Under the pieces are notes generated by a model. It ran no database searches, had not been told where the DNA came from, and saw only the letters and a list, made by a program, of their open reading frames with translations. Positions 1 to 16,185 of a stretch of DNA of 64,000 nucleotides are shown here, in pieces. Positions within the stretch are counted from its first letter, which is position 1; the number at the start of each line of letters is the position of its first letter. The stretch is from contig CM082577.2 in the NCBI GenBank assembly GCA_040954595.2, forward strand, positions 6,657,746-6,721,745. Direction: 5' to 3'. The stretch is from Balanoglossus misakiensis. Lineage: Eukaryota; Animalia; Hemichordata. A program made the position numbers and the translations under genes.

Positions 1-480
1 AGGACACATGAGACGCTTGCCACCACATTGAGAATTGTCCTCCTTGGATCATGTTACTCAATCTTCCCGATCAAGTAACCGATGGATGACCTGATTATGG
101 ACAGTGGAGGTTTGATTATTTTCATTGCCAAGTAGAGACTTTTTTTTTCTGCCATATTGTAAACTTTAATATCAATCTATGTGGCACCCATTGATCTTTG
201 TTGGGAAAATATTGCTTTGAAGTACTGTGTCCGGTGTACACAAAAGTTGGCCAATACTGTGGAAAATACGTTTCATACAATACACACTGGCAAGACATAT
301 TTAAAAATTCTCACCTGTAGATCTGTTAACTTGCTTTGTGCCAGCTGAATTTGATTATTGTTATTGCAATTTTTTCCCAATCATATGGCCAAATCTGCAC
401 AAAAATGAATTGCAATTGAAAAAAGTTGGTGTGTTTTGTCAGAAATCCATTTATACTGGTACAAAAATTCTAATTCTGTC

Positions 481-573
481 CAAACCCTGTCACCTTCACA
501 ATTTGGTACAACCTCATTGCTCTCAGCAGTGTGAGTGGACCCATGTATAGGGAAATGGGGGTGAAAGGATTAA
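481..573. repeat. Short (~95 bp) dispersed repeat with TTAA-like ends (MITE-like)
   Basis: The reverse complement aligns by eye with 42701-42795; 53673-53750 is a similar degenerate copy (shared ccca-ttcc / ggtccact / caat / taccaa blocks). Confidence 0.5.
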
Positions 574-1404
574 ATATCTGGCAACAAATTTGTTTTCTGG
601 ATTAAAATATTTTGATGCAAAGGAATTTTGGCAACACCTTTATTAATCCCCATGTAAAGTAAACCATGTTCACTTTATGCCTTTCAATACCAGATTTTGA
701 AAAAGTGAAATTGGTATTTCATTCGATGGGATGTTTGCACCAGTCACATCTTTTATCATACAAAGTAGATTTAAAGTTACATCACACAAGTGTATAGGTT
801 GAAGGTCAAATCTATCTATGGCTAGTAAAAACTTGTCTGTCTGGGAACCTGGCATTCAAGTTATCAAGTTTTTTGAGTGTGGAAATGGAATTATATTTAT
901 AGTTTATTATGTAACCATTACAATAGAGTTAGCAAGAACAAAGAGGGCAACATAGGTCATTAATTCCTTTGCAGTATTTTAAGCGAGAATATTTTTGGTC
1001 GGTCTGTGACATGTTTGTTCGTTCGTGTTGTTTGTAGTATATTGTCTAGTCTTGATGTTTTGTCTGCAAACAATAGTGAGTAGTCAGTGTGGATATTAGC
1101 TTTGGTGTTGCAAGTGGTCGATGTGGCATATGTAAATTAAAAAAATATAGATGAAACTCAGCAAAATTCTAGAATAACTCGCAGACAATATGGTTGACTC
1201 AAACATATGTTTAGCTGTTGAATGTGCATAGGTTCCATTCTGGTTCCAGAGCATTGTCATGACTTGTTCCAAAGTGAGAGTGACATTGTTGGTTTTGATT
1301 AAAACTATTGGGTGTCTGTAATTTTACCAAAACTTGTTTGTCGCCGATATTGTTCTGTGAATTGTTACAGTCACTCTGTACAGCTGGTGTTTTGCCATCA
1401 GTGA

Positions 1405-3594
<2,190 letters not shown>

Positions 3595-6500
3595 ATAATT
3601 CTGTTTCAAATATAATACATGTTTTCTATTGATCATAAAAGAGTTCATCTACTTCAAAAATAGCTGATTTAACCAAAAGACACTTTTTTTAAGTTGCTTC
3701 AGAAAATCAATTATTCGGTCAATAAAAGTGCCAAAAATGTAAGTATTTACCATTACAGTGCTGTTCTGCAGAACAGAACACTTCAGAGAGACAAGTCTTT
3801 TTGGTCAATTCCCTTTCTGAGTAAAATAGACATTCTGAAAAGGGTTACTCTATGATATAAAACTGTAGGTATAATAATTTCAACTCGCAAACTCAACTCA
3901 TAATATATTTGTGAATTAAAAAAAATCACCTATATTTTTTGACTTGTTCTTTTCAGTTTATACTGAGATATACCGTGAGTTTATTAATTTCTCAACATGA
4001 AAAAATTATTGGTACTTTCTGAAAACTTCTTTGAATTTTCTTACAAAAGTCAAAATGACAACAATGGTGCATGAAAGGTTATCTGCTGTGCAATACAATA
4101 TATATTTATCTCTTTAGTGTCACATGATTCTGTTACTGGAATTTTCATTGGTTGGAAAGTGTCATGTGACACAGCACTCACTGTGTTCTCCAACCAAATT
4201 ATATTTCCCCCAAATATTTTGATTGTGTGTTTCAAAGCAGGTGGAAGATAAAATAAAATTTTGATTCAGAAAGTTCATGCATAAAATAGAACTGATAACT
4301 GCCTTGTCACTCCATCCAAATCAAATTGCGACTGTATCTGACATTAAAATGTTTTGAAATCAAAATATAGGAGACAATTAAAGCATTAGTCATTTTATTG
4401 GCCCTCACCATTTCTGAAATTAACATTCATTGTAATTTCACACTGACATTTTTTTATGTTTGAAGGATTCTTTTCTAACAAAGGGAACATGGCTAAAGTG
4501 ACCTCACATAATAGATGGAATATGAAGAATTCTGCTGGCATTTGTTAGGGCAGCGACTGAACTATTTTGATGATATAAAACCTCGAACACATAAAATTGC
4601 ACATTGTGCTAGTATATAATCAACTTGAATGAAGGTCAAACGGAGGGAACATTACATTGTATGATTTATGCAATAATCTTGGTAAAATCAAATATTCTAT
4701 GCATGTCATATATATATTCCTATGAAAGTCTTGTTACTGTAACACTTTACAATATTGCATGATAGATTCTATGGCTAAAATTTTTTTGTATTGTCAGTAT
4801 GTAGAGGTGTTTAATATATTTCACTCAGAGGATCAGAGTACAATCAGCCTTTTTTCTTGCTGATGTGAAAGCCATTACATTTTGTACAAATTCATTATAT
4901 CACAATATCATAGATTATATACAAATTTCATGGAACTGTGTTTGTTTATTCACAAATGTAATGCGTCAAATCGGCAGCAAGATTCTTGTTTGAGAAGAAT
5001 TACCAGTAGACCCTGTCGCTGTACCTGTTTGTAATATTCATATTGTGTCCATGATTAGGTAGGCCAGTATCACAAGGAACCAAGGATGCATTGCTCAGCA
5101 AATGATGTACAGTTGTTTTGGATTTTTTTTTTTGACTGTCATCAATGTTTTATTTACAGATGAATTTTCGACAAAATTTTCTACTTTGATCTAACCTTTA
5201 CTTTTTCACCAATTTTTGCATGTATTTATTTCTGTTGTGTTTAAAGAAATGTGAAATACTTCAAAACTGCTTGTTGCTTTAATGGAACTTTACACAGCTT
5301 TGAGACAAAGATTAACTGTGGACACTGATCTGTAATTCCAATGATTTAAAAAAATGAGCAAAACGATGAATTGCTATTATACGATTACATGCTATGACGT
5401 AAAAATCTTGTTTTCTTGAAATAAAACATGAAAAAATATTTTTACTGATTTTACTGTGTAATGAATGATAACTGATGAATTAAACCAGGTCATTGCAATA
5501 TCAAACTCACAGTCACTGCTATCACTGTGTTATCAGCTGTTTACAAAAAGTCAATATTTTAATCATTGTACAAAAACAGGCCAAAACAGGTCACAATGTT
5601 AATTTGTAAACTGATAGACAGACATGCAGGGTGAGCCATGCAGATTTTCTTATGAACTATTAAAAAGTCATGCATATATGAATTTCATGTCAAATGTTAT
5701 CTTGTCACAAAGACATTCTATGATGAATAAAGATCTGTTTTGAAATTAGTATGAAATGCTGTTCTGTGGTTTGTGTGTGGATTGAATGTGAGTGTGTTAT
5801 TGAAAATTCCGTTCCAGACAGTTTTATTTCAGGCTTTACTACTTTCTCATGAAATGTTATCTTAACAGATCCATACCAAGGATGTATCCAGAGTTCGACA
5901 TCCGTAAAATATTTTAATTCCCACTCGTGTAAATTGAACTGTGATAAATTATCATTTTATGTGGCAGATGGAACTGATCCAATTTTAACGGTGTTATTCA
6001 GGTCACAACTATTGGTCTAATACATTTTTACATTGCTTTGTGGTAAAAGTTGTTTTTTTGTCACGACCTTCTCTGTGAGTATGTGTTGATCACTGACTTG
6101 ATATTTCCATATAAACAGTAAAAAGAAAACACTGAAAAAAACATAATTGAAAATTTTGATGGGGTCATTATTTTTTAAAACATATTTTCACCAATATGGT
6201 TACCTGCATGATTTGATTCAAATTATCAGCGACACACGCAAGCTCCATTATATATGCTATACAGATTGGGAGCTGGAGATGTCAGTCTCCAGGCAAGGAT
6301 TAGTGCGCCCTCAACGACACTGCATTTGGGCTTGTGGTATGCACATCATATCACAGTCAAAGCCTCGACGTATGCATCTTCTGAGCATCATGCCCAAATC
6401 ATTCTTTTGTGCAGACTTGCCTCATTGTGATGCTTCTGGGGCTCATATGAAAGTGGAGAAAGCAAAAGCCCAGCTGAATGTTTTAACAATCCTTTATCAA

Positions 6501-6954
6501 TATGTAAAACAAAACATAAAATCATAGCAAAGATAAGCTTTTTATATGACTTTTATTTTGATAGTCTGAAACATAGTTCATATTTTGTACATGCAGATTC
6601 AAAACTGTAAATAGAAACTCGTTTCCACTATTGTAAATTACTTTTCATATCTCATTTGACTACTAAACTATTTTTAACTTTATATGCAATAAATATTTTC
6701 CCAAAATACGAATGATAGAAGTGTGACTTCAATCTATGGTAACTTATCACAGCCATGATGGCATTTTACCCTAGACACACTTTCAAAATATACAATTCTC
6801 TAAAAAAAAATTTCATATATGTTTACATGTATACAATACATATTAGTCATTGCAGATACCATACCCTGCGTTACCAGACTGATGCACTCTTCAATAGCTA
6901 CCGAATGGTGTGACAGACAAATCATTTATCACAGCTTTATTCAACAGGGTCCGT

Positions 6955-9900
6955 TCAGTCTATAGAGTGCGAGATTTCCAATTCTTCAAGTTTAAGTCTG
7001 CCGCGGTGGTGGCATGATCTATACCTTGCCAGGTCCTTCCGTGTTACCATGCCAACGACCTGAATATTGACATGGAAAAGATGTCAACATGCAATGAAAT
7101 GACATATATTTTGAGATAACTAGATCTATTTTAAGTGGTTGTGTGAAATATTCAAAGCTAATTAATAAAAGTTTAAAACGGCTACATGTGGCGCATTTTT
7201 ACCTGATTATGGTCGTCAACGACAACAAGATGGCGCAGTCCAAGGCCACGGAAAAGATGGAAAATTCTCGGCAGAGATGCATTCTGCAATGAAAACAAAA
7301 CATTTGGATTAATTTCAGTCCCTTCGAGATGATTAAAACACATATTAACCTCTGGAAAGCGGTAAAACTTTCAACTTACTTAACAACCAGGTCATAAGGT
7401 TAAAGGTCATGACACATGAGCACACCAACCTGTGACACCGTGTAAGGTGTTGGGTTCATGAAAGGTCTCAAGTCGATGTGATAACTTCGGTGTTCTCGGT
7501 CAATCTTTATGTCCCCAATACTCGGGTATCTGGGATACTCGTCGTGGAAATCTTTGAGACGGATTCTGTGCCGCAGTCTGGTCAGTCCAATGGTTTCTTT
7601 GAACACCTAGAAAGAGTGACAGATATTTGCATATCATTTGCATGACAAGACACTTTTTATAAGCTTTTTGGCACATGAATGGCACATGACTGCTGTGTGT
7701 GACGTTTTAGAAACATCTGCAATGCACTTTTCCACTTCATAAGATTAAAAGGGATGGAAATGTGGTCAACAGTCTGCACGACTATACCATCTCTGTACAA
7801 GTACATATGTGTGTGTGAATAAGTAAATTCTTTTATTTTATCTGGACACAGTAACAATAATTCCTCACCTCTTTTTTCAACAGAACAATAAGCTGTGATC
7901 TGAGAATAAGACCACGGTATGTCCCATAGGTTCTATCAGTCTAAATGGACAAACAAAAACAATGTTACATATTGGTTGTTTGTCGATAAATCGAGAAATG
8001 CACATGTACATAGTTTGTAGGCAATGGCAGTCTCTCTTGCTGTGGTTTCATCACAAACATTGTGTAAGGTAAAAGTTGCATGCTTCGAGCTTTTCAGGCC
8101 AGAATGGTTTAAAGCATGGTGAAACGCACACTAAAACTCAGTCCATCTCTATCGACATAGAGAATTCATGTACCAACAACCACTTCTTGATTCTAAACTT
8201 CCAAATTCTGGTAACTTGGGAGAATGTGGTTCCTCCGCATAGAATATCACCAAGGCAACCAAAACACACAAAGGTCAGCGTTAGGTCAGCCACCTTACCT
8301 CTTCATTTGACTCGACTACAGGGAAACCATTGTGGTTGCTATGGGAACTGGAGAGAATATCGACAATCTTGCCAACACTTTCGATTGTATCTAAAGTCAC
8401 TACAGGGTGGCTCATCACATCACTGAAAATGGAAACAATAACAATCAAATGTCTTTTCGCAAAACATGCATGTGCTGGTTTTGTTTTTGATTTTCACCAG
8501 TCCATCAATAAGGAACAAGTGGTATGTTTTAGCTGTAAACGGTGAAAATGGTGGATTTTTGAACAATGAACTGTGCACTACTTACTGAGCTGATAAACTG
8601 TGGCCCAAAGATGGTGGGTCCCAACCAAGCAATGGAACACTTTGTAAATGAATGTGTATATCATACAAACCCTGCAATAGTCAAAATAAAATTCATGGTG
8701 ATGAAACACTAAAGTTGCAAATAACTCTACATGATGTATTTTAATAATAGTTACGTGTTTGATCTTCCCTGTACCATTAGTATTCGTTTTCAACATTTTT
8801 CACGAGAACATAAGCATCAAAGGCATATTTGCATTCTATCCCAGACCAGCTCTGTCAAAATGGCTAATATTTGTCAAAATCTTGCCGATAGACAAGACTC
8901 ACCATGTTGAAGTAATCTCCAACCCACTTTGCTAACATCAGCACCAACATCAATGGGAGACCGTACGTCACATCACCAGTGGCTTCTATGAGGATTACTG
9001 TCAGACTGATTGTCATGCGAACTATACCGCCTGTATCAGAAATTGCAAAGATTTATTTACAATATATTCAAATCTCTTCAAAATTACTGACAGTGATATA
9101 ATACTGCAATTATAATAAATACATCAGTATGAAAATGTTTTCTGTGATATTCTCGTATATACAATTTTCACTGCATGGACTTCTCAACAAATTAAATTTC
9201 TTTCTGAGAGCATTTTAGTGAAGAGAGTTCAGTGTTTATCCGTAGTATTACCAAGAGCGAGTATCTCACTATAGTACAAGCAAAATGTAGTTACCTAACT
9301 ACACATACGTGTATGCCAACTTACCTAACTGAGCTGCAGCTCCTATCAGAGCATATTTGCCAGGATCTGAAAAAGACTAACATGGACAGAAAATCAAACT
9401 ATTACTTTTGTATCAGACTTCCAAACATTCATCAGAAGTTGGATATCAATCACATCTATTGCCACCATCCCAGAAAACTTACCCCTGGTATATAATCATG
9501 GACAAACATTCCAAAAAGTCTGCCCCAAGCTGCGCCGGTCAACAGACTTGGGATAAAGAGACCACTTGGGACACTAAGGCCATACGTCCAGCAGGCCAGA
9601 AAAAAATAGACGACAAAGAAAAGACCAACTGTGATTGGTTTGTAGGTCCCTGAAAATGGAAAAACAGAAATTACTAGCATATTGTTGAGTATACATGGAA
9701 GTGATTCTCTCAAGGAAAATATCTCATCAACATTTTTCAAGTTGACTGACTGATGGAGAGATTAGATCATGGATTTTAATAAGTTCATGCACTCTCATCT
9801 GTTTGTGCCACTTACCTATTGGATCATGAAATAAACTTTTCAAGGCAGCTTCGGGGGTGTTGAAAGTCAGAGTTGCTGTTGCACTGTATTCGCCATCACC

Positions 9901-12900
9901 ACAGAAAAACTGAAGGAAAGAAAGATATTTTGACCCTCAAAATCACTTGCTTTGATAAAAGAAAGCAACAATAAAGAACCTTCAACCATAGTAACAAATC
10001 TCACCTGAAGTGGTTCAGGGCTGGAGTTGTGGCTGATTGTGTGACAGTCATCAACGAAATAAATTAGAAGAAAGCAAAGAGTTGTAGTAACTACGGCAAC
10101 CAGCATGGCTTCCGCCACACAGTACCATCTTAAATACACGTATCTGTGGAGAAGAGAGAGGAAAGATGATCATCAGAAATTTGGGAAAAGGTGGTCTACA
10201 GCTGAAACTGATTTCTTCATGGTTATAGTGTGGGAAAACACGATACATTGTTAATGGTGGGAGAATTTAGGATAATATACCATTCAAAGCAAAGGGGTGG
10301 GTGACTTACTTCAGTCTGAAAACACTGAGTTTCTGGTTGATTCCATTGAAGAGAGCACCAAGCATCCCACCGATGATTCCCATCAACATAAATATAGGGA
10401 TCTCATAACCGTAGTATGCTTGACCCTAAAAGGCAAAATATCATCCAGGATCAGCTTGTGTGATTGCAATGATCGAGAGATGCCGATGCGATAGCCATGT
10501 TGGCTCATATGACAAAACAAAATGATGTGCATATCTTTATTTGTAGTACACAGTCCTTACATCTAATATGAAATCTTATCCTACTGCTTTCTCAGATTTC
10601 ATAACTGCGCAGCTTTGTGACTTACCTCAAACTTCCCAAAGGTCACAAGACCAGGATTCGACAACTTCCACGGTTCATCATAATAATAACTCAAAACAAC
10701 GTTTAGTGTAAATGTAGACACCATGGAGGCAAAAAACTGAAAAGAAACGAAAGCAAACAAGCAATTTAAAGTTACATTTTAACCGTTGACTGCTCTTTTA
10801 ATTATTTCTCTTCTACGGAGGTAAAACTATGAACACAAAATGTAGGGATGCTTACAATTCTCCATGTCAAAGACTGGTTCCAAAAACTGGCCCCTTCTTC
10901 CAGACTGAAAAGCACGCCACCGACCGGCGCCCCAAATGCAGCCGAGACACCAGCCGCCGCGCCACCAGACACAAAGTCTCGCTTTTCAGTATCCTTGCGG
11001 AAATCTTCAAACATCTGAAACACACAAAAACAAGACAACTGAAGTCTTTTGGGTGCTTTGTTTGGACTGCGACCATGCAGCTTTCATCACACTTGAAGAC
11101 AGACACAGTAAAGATTTATAAGATTTATGGCTCAAGTACATGTAGAATTGTTAATGGTAGGATACATCTTGATTGGACAATACATACTGTGGATGTAGTT
11201 TTTCAATCTACCCTTAACAGTACTGCTACAGATAATACATGTGTACGTACCTTGCAATCTGCTTTGAATGTTGTTGATTTCCCCTGCGATACACCAGCAG
11301 CTATGACAGCTCCAGAGTGTATCATTGGTCCCTCCTGCAATACAATCATTCCATAGTGAGAAGAACACAATGCTATGATGTGTCTGCTGAAACCACAAAA
11401 GTATCTTTTTATGTCATTTTTTTGGTAAATTGGGCACAGTGAACAACGATCGTGTTTCACTTACTTTACCAATGCACAGACCGCCCACCACGGACAACGT
11501 GACCCCGAACACTTTGGTCACCAAAGTTTTGATTCTGACAACATACGGCACTTTCACTCCGTTCAGGTAACACTTGATTTGAGGAATCCCACTCCCGGCT
11601 GCAACCGGCTGAAACAGACATGTACACGAGAGATAGGTTTAATACATACAACAAAGTGCACAGTCTTCGATGACATCACGTCTCAGGTCAAAGTTCAACA
11701 ACTCTGTCAGTTCAACCTTGGTTACCATGGCACAGGACTTACTCCCCCTTTTCACATCAGTTGTTGATTATTTACATTGTGTTATTTCTTTGTTTTGATT
11801 GTAATATCTGTCATATAAATCAAACTGCCATTAGATTAAAGCCGCTAAAAGTTACCGGCTTTCACAGGATGGGCCAGAAAAGCACCCTGTATCTCCGATG
11901 GAAAAATCTTCCAGCTGAATCAGACTGTGAATCAAATTGACGATTTGAAGTTCATCTATTGAGATGCAAAAAATCCGAAAAGTTTGATTTTTGACTTACA
12001 GCTATATAGACCACCATCAGTGCAGCCAACAAGACACACGATGCATTGAATCCATTCCAAGCTAGTAACGACAACTGCATGCAGTCCTTTTCTCTGCAAT
12101 CTTGTGTGACTGAATCCAAGATTTAAGGAACAATCACAACATTAGTCATGGTCACACACATACCAATTATTCTGGCAGAAAAAAACTCACATTCCAAACA
12201 CAAAGAGACAGAAAATAACGGGTTGTCAAAGGATACTGTGTCGAACTATTGAATATTTCCACGTTGCCAGCAGATCTATACAGATGTTAATGAAGCAGGC
12301 AACCAGAGCTGTAAGAACACCAATTAACAACATGACTATCCATCGCTTTAGCTGCATACACTGTACTATCTAGAAAAAAATAAATACATTGACTTCATTT
12401 AAATTTAAGTAATTCACATGTAATCATGAAAAATGCCTTTCCACTTGTTAAAATGTTGGAAGGAGTGAGATGGTGTGAACTTACTCTTGCACCTCTTAAA
12501 CGTTCTTCTTGTGCAAATAGAGTATTTTCCACAAGGTCATAATCAAGACTCTATAGAAAAAAAGAGAAAAAAGGGAAGTAAAAACATGAACTGCAAAGTT
12601 GCGGAAGCGTTGTGGTGTTTGCTAAAAATAATCACATTTAAGTTAAGTCTGAAGAACAACTATAAAAAGCAAACACAGCCATGGTTCCATCTAGTCAACG
12701 ACGAATCTTTTATTGCTTCTTCATAAATATTGTGTAGTTTAGTGCAAACATTAAAATATTACATTGCAACATTAATAATTAGTTTTCAAAAATCATATTT
12801 GCTAAAAGGTAAACATCTCAAGATTCTGAAAAAGTTCCCCAGTCCAACTTCTTTGATTTATGATGTAGAGTCGGAGTGATCTTACCTCATAGTGATCTTA

Positions 12901-14249
12901 CCTCATAGTTTGTTGACAATACTTTCATACTACCAACTTCTCTGTTGTCCCCAGTCACCTAGGATTCAAAACACATTCATGATCCACACACTAGTCAGTA
13001 GATGACGTGCAATGGTCATACAAACAACATTGGGATAATTGTTATAGCTCTCAGAGATTTAGCCTGAGAAGAACTTCTGCTTTTCAATCAAAACCCCACA
13101 ACTCAGTCTGTGAATTGTAACCAATAAATAATACATGAACCGAGTGTCATCAAAATCCTTCCACTATAAAGGCTTTTGGTTTTCCATACAGAAAAATAAC
13201 AAATCAAAATAATATAGAGCCGCTCAGGCAAAAAGAAAAACTTGGCTTGAAATATCTCTTAAGCTAGAATGATCCTGCACAAACATTGTAGAACTATAAA
13301 ATGACACAGGTGTTTCGGTTTCTTTTCTATAAAAAAAAGAAAAGAACACGCCCCCCCCCCCCAACAAATACAAACAAATACTTATCACTTTTTATGCATA
13401 TCTTAGGGGAAAGGAGCAAAATGTACCATTTGTGCTGCCTCAAGTTTAAAAAACATTTTAATCAACACGTTCATTTGCAGCTTCAATCCAGAGAAGTGCA
13501 AAAGCATCCATTATCGAGTCTGTATAACGGTACGCAATTAACACAATGGTGTCTATTAATAGTATCAACACCTTTTGACGCTTTTATTGCTGGCGCTATC
13601 AGGTCACGGTCACAAGACATTTCAATGTGTACATGTATGTTACCTTGGCCCCTTCCCAGGACATGGCACGCTCCACACTTGATCTGTAATCACGGCTTCT
13701 TTCACGAACATCTTCGGCGGGTGACTGCTCGGAATCCGTGCGGGGATAATTCACCGAATAAGAGTGCTGCAGAAAACAAACTTGTTTTTAAATGGGCATT
13801 GTTTGGATACTGATAGGGTACATCACGGGATGATGACTACGTGATCGCGCAGTGGCCGGTGGTCGCTCGGCGCCCACGCCGGGCTCACGATCATGACAGA
13901 CACTGTCTGATACACTGAGTGATACGAGGCTAGAATAGACAGCCCCTGCAAGCAATGAACCGTGAGCTGCACTTGACTTGATCAATGTCATGTTCATGTT
14001 GGCGAAAAAGTTTACAATTACTTAGCGTGTACACCATTCATTCAAAGTTTCATCGCGAACAAGAGACGGGTGAAAAATGAAAAGTGTGCAACTTTCAGGG
14101 TTTTTGACATTTTAAACTTGACATACCCCTATGCCGACAGAATTTCTACTTACGTCGTCAGAATAACTGTTCACTTTATACCGACTGTCTCGGGTAAGCG
14201 GTGTCCTTTCGGAGTTCGAGTAGGGTTGCCTGTCGTCTGGAGTCGCCAT
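6955..14249 (-). CDS. CLCN7: Lysosomal H+/Cl- exchanger ClC-7 (about 22 exons)
   Basis: First exon 14249-14154 encodes [18 protein letters not shown]. Later exons encode [76 protein letters not shown] and the CBS domains. Last exon [13 protein letters not shown]...SID ends in TGA at 6957-6955. Confidence 0.95.
12110..12236 (-). other. U12-type (minor spliceosome) GT-AG intron in CLCN7
   Basis: 5' splice site GTATCCTTT and branch site TTCCTTAAAT about 12 nt before the AG. Flanking exons join in frame (..IVRH I TQDC..). Confidence 0.85.
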
Positions 14250-14554
14250 AGTTTGACCTCGTAGTCACGTGCATTTGGGCCCTATAACTTGCTATAAACA
14301 AATGATAGACAACATCAGTTGGAAAAAAATACAAAGTAAACATTGTATACATGGTATGTTTAACTAAAACGAATTTTTAAAGATATGTTTGTCTGCTTCT
14401 GGCAGAGGTACAAGTTAGAACATTGTTGAACTTGACCAGTTTACTCGAAATAATTATTCTAGCCTAAGGAGTTCTACTTCCGTTTACTTACCAGGTCAAA
14501 TAAATCTGTCGCACGTGTTGAAAGCGTAAACGTGTATGATTTTCAACTGCGAAA
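14250..14554. promoter_or_regulatory. Bidirectional promoter CLCN7/MRPL12
   Basis: Start codons are about 305 bp apart, head to head. E-box/CLEAR-like GTCACGTG at 14264-14271 and ETS-like ACTTCCG near 14476. Confidence 0.6.
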
Positions 14555-16185
14555 ATGACGTCTTTATGCAGATGCATGAGTTTTACGGTTCGCCACATCA
14601 AACACGTTAACAGGTGAATATACATTTGTGTTGTTTAAACGTGATGATCCAACCTTTTCTAGCTCGCACACACCGATGAAGCCGTGCGCTCATTTACGAC
14701 TAGCGCCTTTTTACGGTGCAGCTGAGTTGTGTGATCACATTCAAGGGTCTATGTTTCACGATCACATACACTGACTTGCAATCGGTGCACCGTATGTAGG
14801 TCAGTCTGTCGGCTGCTACCGGAAACCGGGCATACTCTTTCAGGCATATCAAATTTAACTGACATTAACGCTTGCTGGACAGTAGATGTCATGGTGACGT
14901 AATTATGTAAAAGGTTGATGACCTTCACCCATTTTGGGCGTTTTGATAACTTGACTGTTTGTGTAGTGTCAAGGTTCATGGCTCTGAACATCAAATATCT
15001 TTTTCTTTCTTTCACAGACATGCTGCAGCCATACACAGGGTACAGAGATATTATAACAGTGAACCACTGCCAATGCCAGTAGCAGATGGCGAACGCAAGG
15101 AATATTCTCCCAAAATTACACAATTGGTAGATGATATCTCCAAACTCACAATATCAGAAATTTCAGATCTGAATGAATTATTAAAGGCAAGTATTAATAC
15201 TCTGATATCATTGCCATATTTCACTTTCTTGTTACCAATACTGAAAGGTCCTATTGACTGGTGTGTCCATGTCACCTATTTGAACAGTTTTCCCCAAAAA
15301 TATTTGAGAGACAACTTCTTTGAAGCATTTTGTTGTGTTTTGATGGGAACCACATTCAGTCTGTTATGGCTGTGTCTTCTACCAGCTGCAAATCCCTGCA
15401 AATACTTTTTTCTGCTTACCCTGTAGGTAACATTAAACATACAAGATGCACCGATGATGGTTGCAGGGGCTATGCCAGCTGGCCCGGCAGCTCCAGCAGA
15501 GGTAAGACTATGCGGCAGTCTCGTTGAATTAACAGTGACAGAGTTGTTGAAGCTAAAATGAAAAGTGCTGTCTATACCCGATTTTGCTGTGTGTTACTGT
15601 AAGAATGGGTTTCTGATCTCATTCAAGTCTCTCCATGTTTTGCAGGCAGAGGAGGAGGCAGAGGAACCCAAAGTAGAGAAAACACATTTTACTGTCAAAT
15701 TGACCCAATTTGATGGTACTACCAAAGTTAAACTTATAAAAGAAGTAAAAAGCCTTACCACAGGCATGAATCTTGTACAGGTAAGTTGGGGGCCATCTTG
15801 TAGAGTTCCTCCTACACTCTGGTCCTGACATACATTTTGTATACTAGAATTGTCATCCGGACTCTAGTTCAACAAGGCAACACAAACTAGATCAAACTAA
15901 GCCAATTGCGACCACAGACGCAGTCGCTCAATTTTTGGAGAATTAAGAGAAAATTCAGTCCCGCTCTCCTGAACCAAAACGCAGATCACTTAGACAGTTT
16001 GCTTGTGATCGCATGAAAACAGTCATACAAAAGCTAATGTACAATCATTTCTTTTCTGATTTCTACAGGCCAAAAAATTTGTGGAATCGGTGCCCCAGGT
16101 TGTGAAGGCAGACGTCAGCAAAGCAGAAGCGGAGGAGATGAAAGCGAAACTTGAAGCTGTCGGAGGAACTGCAGTTATAGAATAA
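14555..16185 (+). CDS. MRPL12: Mitochondrial ribosomal protein bL12m
   Basis: Exons 14555-14613, 15018-15186, 15427-15501, 15646-15780 and 16069-16185 encode [16 protein letters not shown]..., [37 protein letters not shown]. Intron 2 has a GC donor. Confidence 0.93.

Noticed and set aside
13788-13997. 69-aa ORF in CLCN7 intron 1 with a GTATCC donor-like site
   Set aside because: It would give a phase-incompatible ~44-nt intron and lacks the full U12 consensus; exon 1 already joins the next exon in frame.
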